Program-made: the position numbers and the translations under genes
IMG/VR virus record: IMGVR_UViG_3300028832_000001
Location: 36,007-100,006 of that record
Reading direction: 5' to 3' (one strand)
Length of the DNA: 64,000 nt
Source: a virus
Lineage: Duplodnaviria > Heunggongvirae > Uroviricota > Caudoviricetes
Notes under the pieces: generated by a model
Database searches by the model: none
Told to the model about the DNA's origin: nothing
What the model saw: only the letters and a program-made list of their open reading frames with translations
In this document: positions 28,653 to 36,443 of the stretch, one piece after another
Layout: each line of letters opens with the position of its first letter
Position numbering within the stretch: the stretch's first letter is position 1

Positions 28653-29465
28653 ATGAAAAATATTAAAGAAATGTTAGATGCCGTAATTGAACCGATCAAG
28701 CTCGGTAGTGATTCCGGTTTTTCTAATTTTTTAACTGAAGAATCAGATTTTGAAGGAACTAGAATCATAACCGAAGAAGATGATCCATTTGGTGGTGCAG
28801 GTGGAGATATGGGTGGTGGTGATGCTGGTGGCGGAGATGCTGGCGGTGATCCATTTGGCGGTGGCGGAGACGCCGGCGGAGCAGGTGGCGGTGCTGACCC
28901 ATTTGGTAACGATATGGGCGGTGGAGCTGGTGGTGGCTCTGATAATGGTGGTAATGGTGGCGGTGCCGAAGGTGGTGCCGAAGGTGAGGACGATGAAGAA
29001 AAAGACCCAGATGAAAATCCGGCTTTAACTGACGGTTCTCATGATCCTGACCCAGAATTCAATCAGGGTGAAACCGATCCAAATGACATAACATTGTCTA
29101 AGAATGCTTCAATTAGCAATAAGTTCAATATCACAGATATTATGAAGACTGTCTCGACAGTTATTCAGACATTGAGTGAAGACCAACTTGTTGAAATTGA
29201 AAAGGTAAAGAATGATGTTGAGTTAATATTTAATGGCTTCTTGCTCAATGAAGAAGATCTTGAATTCGATAATGTAGAAAATGCAATATTCTTAATTGAA
29301 AAGATTGCTGAAAAGTTAGATATTAAGCCAAAGTCTTATTTAATCCGAAAGATGAAAGAACCTTTGATTAAGAAGCGTGATAGTATTAAGCAAGATATTG
29401 CCACTAAGAAGGGTGAACTTAATACGACTCGAGACATTCTTACAAAACTTGATACTAAGATATAA
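28653..29465 (+). CDS. Gly/Asp-rich putative prohead core protein
   Basis: FSNFLTEE and IITEE cleavage-type sites; DPFG-GG repeats; C-terminal coiled coil; TATAAATA at 28590-28597. Confidence 0.55.
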   Translation: MKNIKEMLDAVIEPIKLGSDSGFSNFLTEESDFEGTRIITEEDDPFGGAGGDMGGGDAGGGDAGGDPFGGGGDAGGAGGGADPFGNDMGGGAGGGSDNGGNGGGAEGGAEGEDDEEKDPDENPALTDGSHDPDPEFNQGETDPNDITLSKNASISNKFNITDIMKTVSTVIQTLSEDQLVEIEKVKNDVELIFNGFLLNEEDLEFDNVENAIFLIEKIAEKLDIKPKSYLIRKMKEPLIKKRDSIKQDIATKKGELNTTRDILTKLDTKI

Positions 29466-29496
29466 AAAGAAAACCGGTTTAAAAACCGGTTTTTTA
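29464..29496. terminator. Bidirectional terminator, ACCGGT family copy 1
   Basis: AAAAAGAAAACCGGTTTAAAAACCGGTTTTTT. Confidence 0.8.
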
Positions 29497-29512
29497 TTTT
29501 ATTAAATATTTT

Positions 29513-30028
29513 TTAGTTCAAGTCAAATTCTGGAAGCTCAGACTTTTCACCTTCTGTTTGACCATCGTCTTCCATAACAGGTGATTCTGTCTGTTCTTCA
29601 ACTACTGGTTTTTCCTGAACTGTCTCAACCACCTCTTTCTTCTTTCTTGTTTTCTTAGGCTTATTTTCAACAACCGGAGTTTCTTCAGTTGCTTGTGTTG
29701 TTTCAACATTTGTTTCAGGAACATTTGTAACCTCTACTTTATTTTCTTGTGCTTGTTTTTGTGCCTTCAAATTGGCAATAAATGCTTCATATTCAGCTTC
29801 GAAAGTATCTAATGCTGGAGTTCTACGAGAACTATAACCACCACGACCGTGACGTTCTGGAATAGCAGGTGCTACAGGTTCTGGTAAATCTACGCCAATT
29901 AATTCAGCACGTTGCTTGTCCATTTCAGAGTATTGAGTACCATTATGAATTGAATTATAACGGTCTTTCATACGTGCCTGTAAATCGGCTAAAAAGTTCT
30001 TATTTCTTGTATTGATTTTTCTTCCCAT
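29513..30028 (-). CDS. Hypothetical low-complexity E/T/K protein
   Basis: Start moved to MGRKINTR (30028), preceded by AGGA SD. Confidence 0.65.
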   Translation of the reverse strand: MGRKINTRNKNFLADLQARMKDRYNSIHNGTQYSEMDKQRAELIGVDLPEPVAPAIPERHGRGGYSSRRTPALDTFEAEYEAFIANLKAQKQAQENKVEVTNVPETNVETTQATEETPVVENKPKKTRKKKEVVETVQEKPVVEEQTESPVMEDDGQTEGEKSELPEFDLN

Positions 30029-30032
30029 TTTA

Positions 30033-30413
30033 TTATTCCTTAATATGTAATAACATTGTTTCAGGGACATTATAGACTATATATCCTGGTGGATTAGTTT
30101 TATTTCCCTTAATAATTTTTAGTGTAAATAAATTTATACTATTTATTGGATCTGACTGACCAATTATTTGATAAATACATTCATCGCCATTTACATTACT
30201 TGTAACTTTATCATTTACTTCAAATGGACGATATGTTTCTTCAATTTCTACCCCATTAGTAGATTTTTCAATATTTTCGGAATTTATAGTTTTTGCATTC
30301 TTAACGGCAACAGTAAGATCACGTGCAATCCATTCAGGACAGTTCTTACTACTTACTACTTTTTTAATTCCATTTAATAAAATATTTAGTTGTTCTTTAC
30401 GTATATCTTCCAT
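30033..30413 (-). CDS. Hypothetical protein
   Basis: 126 aa; TAATG overlap. Confidence 0.65.
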   Translation of the reverse strand: MEDIRKEQLNILLNGIKKVVSSKNCPEWIARDLTVAVKNAKTINSENIEKSTNGVEIEETYRPFEVNDKVTSNVNGDECIYQIIGQSDPINSINLFTLKIIKGNKTNPPGYIVYNVPETMLLHIKE

Positions 30414-31000
30414 TAGTCACTACTCAAATTGTCTTCATCTTTAAATAATATCTTTAGAATATGAAGCTCCTTTTTAAACTTCTGTAAACAGTCAGATATT
30501 GTTTTGTCAAAGTCATTAAGATGAGTACTAATTTGTCTTGCGACACGGCCCGCACTAGCAGCTCTGGTTGGCGGATAGTTATATGATTCAAAGCCCTTCA
30601 TGAAATCTGCACTTGGTTTTGATAAATCAGGAAGTTCTTTCTTAAAAATTTTTGCATAAAGTGTCCAACATGCATTTTCGAAACTTTCGATAGTATTAGC
30701 AAGTTCGACGCCTTCACGTAATTTACGTTTTTTCTTCTTTTTCTTCTTTTTCTTTGGAATCTGATTTAACCAATATCCAGGGTGATGAGCATCAGGAACG
30801 CCTTTATAAAGTGGATTAACACTAAATGGAGAGCGTTGATATAATAATCCCATACGTTGAGGACAGCAACCTTTGCAGTCACCGCCATGTGGAATACCTT
30901 GATCAGCACCAAGCGGAGCACCAACACCGATTCCAAAATCCTCGTCTAAAACCTTATATCCGTTTTTCTTAAGAACTTCTACAGCTTCTTCTAAAGTCAT
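30413..31000 (-). CDS. Putative internal head protein carrying a copy of the major capsid N-arm and a poly-Lys tract
   Basis: MTLEEAVEVLKKNGYKVLDE|DFGIGVGAPLGADQGIPHGGDCKG (21/25 identical to gp23 aa 54-78); KKKKKKKKKRKLRE; TATAAATA at 31033-31040. Confidence 0.7.
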   Translation of the reverse strand: MTLEEAVEVLKKNGYKVLDEDFGIGVGAPLGADQGIPHGGDCKGCCPQRMGLLYQRSPFSVNPLYKGVPDAHHPGYWLNQIPKKKKKKKKKRKLREGVELANTIESFENACWTLYAKIFKKELPDLSKPSADFMKGFESYNYPPTRAASAGRVARQISTHLNDFDKTISDCLQKFKKELHILKILFKDEDNLSSD

Positions 31001-31006
31001 AAAAAC

Positions 31007-31501
31007 CTAGCTAATCTTTAAATTATACTTATTATTTATATCAGTTACGTAAGAATTCCATTTATTTCCATGCGCATAGTTCTCTAAATACAGAATTTTA
31101 TTGAATAAATCTGTATTTTCTTTATTATATGCATCAAAAGCTGCAGCGATTTCGCCACCAGTAAGTTCAAGGAATATCTTATAATGTAACATTTCATGAA
31201 GCATTGTTCTTTCTAAAGCTTCATAAGGTCTTTTATGAGTTTTGGAGATTTCAATCCTTGGATTCTTTAAAATTTTATTTTCAAAGTCAATATCAAATTT
31301 GAAATAACCATTGACTTCAGAACTATCGATGATATTGACTGGAATTTTAATCAAAGAATTATCAAAATACATGTTATTACATGCATCAAAAATTTTGCTT
31401 AAATATTTTTCAGTCAATTCAAAATGTTTACTAAAAAGATTCATAATCTCGCCATGATGATTTAAGGAAATCTGTTCTATCCTTTGTAAATGTTTTGCCA
31501 T
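31007..31501 (-). CDS. SprT-like zinc metalloprotease
   Basis: FDACNNMYFDNSL...NGYF...IEIS...TMLHEMLH...HG..W; true start may be Met20 (31444). Confidence 0.75.
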   Translation of the reverse strand: MAKHLQRIEQISLNHHGEIMNLFSKHFELTEKYLSKIFDACNNMYFDNSLIKIPVNIIDSSEVNGYFKFDIDFENKILKNPRIEISKTHKRPYEALERTMLHEMLHYKIFLELTGGEIAAAFDAYNKENTDLFNKILYLENYAHGNKWNSYVTDINNKYNLKIS

Positions 31502-31694
31502 TAACGGTTACAGTTACAGTTCTCGAAGTAGATTCTACAACTTGAACTTTTACTGGACAACATGCTTTTACTTCAGGAATTTTTGTCCAATAATAGTAAC
31601 CATCTACTATATTAAACCCATACTTTTCTTTTTCGCTCTGATATAATCGTTCACATTCTGGACAACGTGGTTTTGGCGGAGGTGGAAAAAACAT
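31431..31694 (-). CDS. Small hypothetical Cys-containing protein
   Basis: 87 aa with CPEC; starts 1 nt after the upstream stop. Confidence 0.55.
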   Translation of the reverse strand: MFFPPPPKPRCPECERLYQSEKEKYGFNIVDGYYYWTKIPEVKACCPVKVQVVESTSRTVTVTVNGKTFTKDRTDFLKSSWRDYESF

Positions 31695-31695
31695 A

Positions 31696-32235
31696 TTAAT
31701 GCTTCCTTAATATAGTGTCTAACTCACTGTTTAACTGTCTGACAACATATTGTTTAGAGATTATCTCGGAATTTAAAAGATAGTTTTGAATTCTCTTATC
31801 TTTATATAAACCTTTAATCCAGTTGACAGAAGATAAACAATACATTTTTGGACGTAACCATTCTCTAAGCTTGAACATTAATAAATCAAGATTAGAAATT
31901 GCGTTATGTTCTTCCTGGGTTTTCGGATTTCTTATCAATTTTCCATTACGGTCAATAAGACCTAATTTATAAGCCTTTGTTGTCGTTGGAATAGTTGTAA
32001 TAGATTTAAGAAAAACAAAAACAAGAACATTATCAATGTCCCTATTATGTGTACTTAGGTTTATTTTCTTATTATGAGTTTTTAAAGAATATAGTGTTTC
32101 ACGTGCTTCTGTTAATATTCCATTTGCTTCAAAATAAGCAGACATGGTTTCGGCATTGTTTACTAAACGCTGTAAACCAGAAACACTATTTTTATCTTCT
32201 AAGGCGTAAAAAAATCTTTCCCAGAGTTTTTCCAT
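31696..32235 (-). CDS. Conserved T4-like-phage hypothetical protein
   Basis: FLKSI..IP....AYKLGLIDRNGKLIR motif; ATG 4 nt after TATAAATA. Confidence 0.65.
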   Translation of the reverse strand: MEKLWERFFYALEDKNSVSGLQRLVNNAETMSAYFEANGILTEARETLYSLKTHNKKINLSTHNRDIDNVLVFVFLKSITTIPTTTKAYKLGLIDRNGKLIRNPKTQEEHNAISNLDLLMFKLREWLRPKMYCLSSVNWIKGLYKDKRIQNYLLNSEIISKQYVVRQLNSELDTILRKH

Positions 32236-32250
32236 ACAATATTTATAGCT

Positions 32251-33111
32251 TTAATGACACCATTCAGTCTCATTGATAGAATTTCCATCATCGATTATTT
32301 CATCACAATTATAATGATATGAACAAGATTCTTGTTTAGGTCTATACATTCTTTGTGTTCCTAAATATGGATCTTGTTGTGTAGAAGATGAAATTTCTGT
32401 TTTAACTTCCATCGGTGTTCCGTCAATATCTGCACCTTGTTTAGTACTTTTTACAGTTTTATGAGTAATCGGGTCAGTTCTGACGTCACCAAAACTTTTC
32501 TTAGATTCTGATTTCAAAAAATTGTTATATTTCTCAGAAATAGAATCTGCAATCTTCTTCATCATACTTCTAATATTTAACATATTATGAAGTTTTGTAT
32601 TTGGGTCATCTTTTAAAGTTCTTTGATGAGCAATCATACATGTAGAATCACTACAGTATTTTTCATAACCTCTAATAACACTTATGAACGTCGTTTCTTT
32701 ATGACATGTTGGACAATATCCTTCATCTTCTTTTCTGACATAAGTATCATAATAGAGTTTTGGATTATAGATATTATGCTCTTTTTTCAAGTGATTATTA
32801 AACTTTTTTGATGCCGCATTAGCAGAATCGGCAGAAATCATCATATCACAGATTTCACACTTTAATTCTGTATATTCTTGTTGTTTTGGCGCTTTATTAC
32901 TACAAGTTGTAGAACAATATTCTGCATAACCTTTATTTAAACCATTATAAGTGGTCGGTTTTCCACAGATTTTACAGATTCCTTCACCTTCTTTCTTAAG
33001 AAACTTGTCATAATACTCTTGCATGCCCAATTTATGGTCATTTTTGATATGAAGAGCAAAAGACATAGCGTCTTCATAGGTTCTTCCACATATTTTACAT
33101 TCGTAACTCAT
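32251..33111 (-). CDS. Tandem zinc-finger protein (2 x [C2H2 + CxxC...YCSxxC])
   Basis: CKICG..H..H, CKICG...YCSTTC, CEICD..H..H, CPTC...YCSDSTC. Confidence 0.75.
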   Translation of the reverse strand: MSYECKICGRTYEDAMSFALHIKNDHKLGMQEYYDKFLKKEGEGICKICGKPTTYNGLNKGYAEYCSTTCSNKAPKQQEYTELKCEICDMMISADSANAASKKFNNHLKKEHNIYNPKLYYDTYVRKEDEGYCPTCHKETTFISVIRGYEKYCSDSTCMIAHQRTLKDDPNTKLHNMLNIRSMMKKIADSISEKYNNFLKSESKKSFGDVRTDPITHKTVKSTKQGADIDGTPMEVKTEISSSTQQDPYLGTQRMYRPKQESCSYHYNCDEIIDDGNSINETEWCH

Positions 33112-33118
33112 CGTTAAA

Positions 33119-33130
33119 TATTTATAAATA
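33119..33130. promoter_or_regulatory. Palindromic bidirectional late promoter TATTTATAAATA
   Basis: Between the divergent Zn-finger and tail-fibre genes. Confidence 0.8.
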
Positions 33131-33159
33131 ATATAAAATCAATAATAAGGTTTAAAAAT

Positions 33160-36100
33160 ATGGCTGAAATTGGAAATAAGTTTATTTTTACTACAGAAGG
33201 TCGTACTTCATTAGTTGCCCAGCTAGGTGGTATACGATTTTCAGTTTTAGGTGCAGTTTTAATTCAGGGTCTTAAACCAGTTGAAGTACCAGAAGATAAA
33301 AAAGATACTACTTTTGAAGATGCTTTCAAAAATTTGACATTAGAAAGTCTTTCACTTGATAATGGTGTTGTATTAGGTTTAAAAAATGTTGATTATAGTG
33401 CATTAGGTAATCAAAAGATTTATCCAGTAGCACTTGATAGTTATCAGAGTGCAGTTAATAATATTACACAGAATTTAATTCCTTTGCATTATGTTCCAGC
33501 ACAGGAAGTAGAAGATACGATTGGAAATGTTTATGGTATCTATGAATTAGATGTTGACCAAACATTATTATCTTGTAATTTTGTCGGTGATGATTCTGAT
33601 GTTTCTTTTGCACATATTGGTCTTATTGGTAAGCAATATACACAGACTGATGATGCAACATATAATGTTGATCACACGCAAAAACCAATATTAGTTGGTA
33701 TTGCTCAGTTAGATGGTGATTATGACGAAGAAACAAATGTTTATGAAGGTGGTATTCAACTTCTTGCCGAACAAAATCAGTATGTCAATATCAAATTAAA
33801 GCTTCGTTTTACATTAGACGAGCGTGATCGTGATATTGCTCTTGCTATTAATACTGAAGATCCAGATACTAGGGCAGTTTTAGCTATTTCTGATAAACTT
33901 TCTTTAGTTAATAATGGTCTTAAGACCAAGGCAAAGGAAGGTGTCAAAGTCGCAGCTGATAAGAGTATTATTGAAAATTTCAACCTCAATAAGGAAGGTG
34001 CATTAGCAACAGATAAGACTTTAATGGTTGCTGAAACATATAATGCTGATGAACTTGAAAATGAATGGAATGGTGTTGGTTTGATTCATCTTATTAACCG
34101 TGAAAATCAGGAAGATGATGATGAAAATCCATATACTCCGCAAGTTGTTTTATCTACAATAGAACATTATGAAAACTTGGAGACTGAACCAGTCGTAAGT
34201 TATAACGTCATGATGTTATTGCAAGGTAAAGGCAAAGACGTTCCAACAATAAATCTCGAATCTAAATATGAAGACATTGTTGCAGAAGCTAATGAAGCAA
34301 TGGGTCAAGAAACAACTGGTGTTGCATATCAAGAACAATATTTTAAAATTAATGGCACTGAATGCCCAAAATTTGTAATGTCAACAAAACCAGAATATGA
34401 TAATATTGCAGTAGACATATTTGGTTTAAATAATAATATACTTGATGATGGTAATCCAGATAAATTTTTATTTACGAAAAATAATGTTTCTCATGTAAAT
34501 GACATTAATGCTAAATTAGATGAAAATATTATTATTGGTGGTAATAACAATCTTGTTGAGGCAAGACATTCAAATGCATTAATTAATTCATGGTATAATG
34601 TTACTCGTAATGAATGTGAAGACAATACTATAATAAATTCAGATTCTAATATACTTCAAAAATTTACTGATACTTGCGTTGTTTTAAATTCAAATTATAA
34701 TACATTTAATATAAATGCACTTTTACCAGATTATGAATTTGATTGGTGGTATGATAATATAAGACTTACTACAGTTATAAATTCTTCTGAGAATAATATT
34801 CACAAAGTAAAAAAAGCAGTATTATTGAATGCTAATAATAACTTAATTAATGCAGGTGTAGGTTGTATCGGTGAAGGATGTGAACCATCAGAAAATATTA
34901 GTATAATTGGTGGTGAATATAATTCTGTATATAATTGTAATAATTTATACATATTAGGTTCTTATCATCGTGTATTCATGGATAATACTGATTTTGAAGA
35001 TGGAATTAATAAGAGAACATTAATATTAGGTCAAAATAGTGACTGGAATTGGTCAACTATGCGCAATTGGAAGTCCAGACCAGGTATTATCTATGGTAAT
35101 GGTAATGAAAATGGTAGTAATGAAAGAAATGCATTAGAATTCTTCCCAGATGAAGGATTGTTAAAACTTTATGATAAGTCTGGTAATTCTACTGTAACTA
35201 TTGGTGGCGATGTTGGTATTAAGGTTGATAATACTACTAACTTTAATATGGACATGAAGTCTTTGAATTTAACAGATAAACTTTTACTTTCAAAGGGTAA
35301 TAAGTCAATAACATTATCAACTGTTGATACAGAAAATATTGTCGTATCGGATGGTGATAGTCAAAACACACTTAAATATAAATCTAGTAATAATATATTG
35401 ACTCTTAATGGTCATGGATATGAAGGTAATTACTCTAATAGTTATTTAAATTTTAAATGGAATTCTTATACAGCACAGATTGATCCTAGTGAATTTAGAA
35501 TTGACTCTCAGGTTAATACTACACCTAATAGAATGTCAATAACAGATACAGGACTTGTTATTAGTAAAAGTAATAAGCCAGTAGTTACAATTAATAATGA
35601 CACTTATTATCAAAAAGCAAGAGTAGATATTTTATGTGGTATATTATATGGTGTAAGTAACATAATAAATGCAAAAGTTACATATTATAAAGGTCCAGCT
35701 GAGTTAGGAGCCTGGTTCCGTACTCTTTGGGAGTCTGCACCGCCTATTGCATGGTGTGATGATGACGATGATAAAAAACCAAGACCTAATGAAGCTATTT
35801 ATTGTTGTAAATATAATGGTGATTGGAAAGCATATAGACTTGACGAAAATGATACAGGTAGTTATACAAATAAAATAGCATGGTCTGTTTTTGAAACTTT
35901 AGTAGCAAATAATACTAATAATTATAGTCATCCATATAAATGGAATAATGATAATAGCAAATTCTTCTATATGATAAGCACATTACCAGAAATTACAAGA
36001 ACAGTAGATGAAATCGAAATTAATTTATATATTGATGATATAGTAGGTATGAATATTGGTTTATTATGGAATTTGCAGCCATATAATTCTTGGGCAGATT

Positions 36101-36375
36101 CTTATGGACCAATGGTTAAATTAAATGTTATTTTGTCAAATGGTTTATTTGGTAATGGCGAAGGCGAAGATTTCTATTATTGGAAATGTTTTAATGCAAC
36201 TTCTAAAAGTTCATCAGATAGTCCAACTGAAATGGATTATGAAAGAATAAGCTTAACATATGATAAGCCATTAACTTTAGTATCAAGACCATTATATACT
36301 TCTGTTGGAACACCTACAACAAATATTGGTCCAGCTAATAAAATGTGGGGTTGGTATAGATATTATGGTTATTAA
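33160..36375 (+). CDS. Tail fibre / baseplate-attached fibre protein
   Basis: N-terminal FIFTTEGRTSL resembles tail-collar fibre N-domains; Asn-rich beta-helix repeats (IIGGNNN, LINSWYN, IIGGEYN). Confidence 0.6.
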   Translation: MAEIGNKFIFTTEGRTSLVAQLGGIRFSVLGAVLIQGLKPVEVPEDKKDTTFEDAFKNLTLESLSLDNGVVLGLKNVDYSALGNQKIYPVALDSYQSAVNNITQNLIPLHYVPAQEVEDTIGNVYGIYELDVDQTLLSCNFVGDDSDVSFAHIGLIGKQYTQTDDATYNVDHTQKPILVGIAQLDGDYDEETNVYEGGIQLLAEQNQYVNIKLKLRFTLDERDRDIALAINTEDPDTRAVLAISDKLSLVNNGLKTKAKEGVKVAADKSIIENFNLNKEGALATDKTLMVAETYNADELENEWNGVGLIHLINRENQEDDDENPYTPQVVLSTIEHYENLETEPVVSYNVMMLLQGKGKDVPTINLESKYEDIVAEANEAMGQETTGVAYQEQYFKINGTECPKFVMSTKPEYDNIAVDIFGLNNNILDDGNPDKFLFTKNNVSHVNDINAKLDENIIIGGNNNLVEARHSNALINSWYNVTRNECEDNTIINSDSNILQKFTDTCVVLNSNYNTFNINALLPDYEFDWWYDNIRLTTVINSSENNIHKVKKAVLLNANNNLINAGVGCIGEGCEPSENISIIGGEYNSVYNCNNLYILGSYHRVFMDNTDFEDGINKRTLILGQNSDWNWSTMRNWKSRPGIIYGNGNENGSNERNALEFFPDEGLLKLYDKSGNSTVTIGGDVGIKVDNTTNFNMDMKSLNLTDKLLLSKGNKSITLSTVDTENIVVSDGDSQNTLKYKSSNNILTLNGHGYEGNYSNSYLNFKWNSYTAQIDPSEFRIDSQVNTTPNRMSITDTGLVISKSNKPVVTINNDTYYQKARVDILCGILYGVSNIINAKVTYYKGPAELGAWFRTLWESAPPIAWCDDDDDKKPRPNEAIYCCKYNGDWKAYRLDENDTGSYTNKIAWSVFETLVANNTNNYSHPYKWNNDNSKFFYMISTLPEITRTVDEIEINLYIDDIVGMNIGLLWNLQPYNSWADSYGPMVKLNVILSNGLFGNGEGEDFYYWKCFNATSKSSSDSPTEMDYERISLTYDKPLTLVSRPLYTSVGTPTTNIGPANKMWGWYRYYGY

Positions 36376-36392
36376 TAAATAAACAAAAAATT

Positions 36393-36421
36393 AAAACCTT
36401 ATACATTACGTATAAGGTTTT
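36393..36421. terminator. Bidirectional terminator
   Basis: AAAACCTTATAC/GTATAAGGTTTT. Confidence 0.8.
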
Positions 36422-36443
36422 TTATTTTATATTTTTTAAGATT

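Noticed and set aside
28780-29028. 82-aa alternate-frame ORF and collagen-like call for the Gly-rich tract
   Set aside because: By-product of GGT/GGC repeats; glycines are not in Gly-X-Y register
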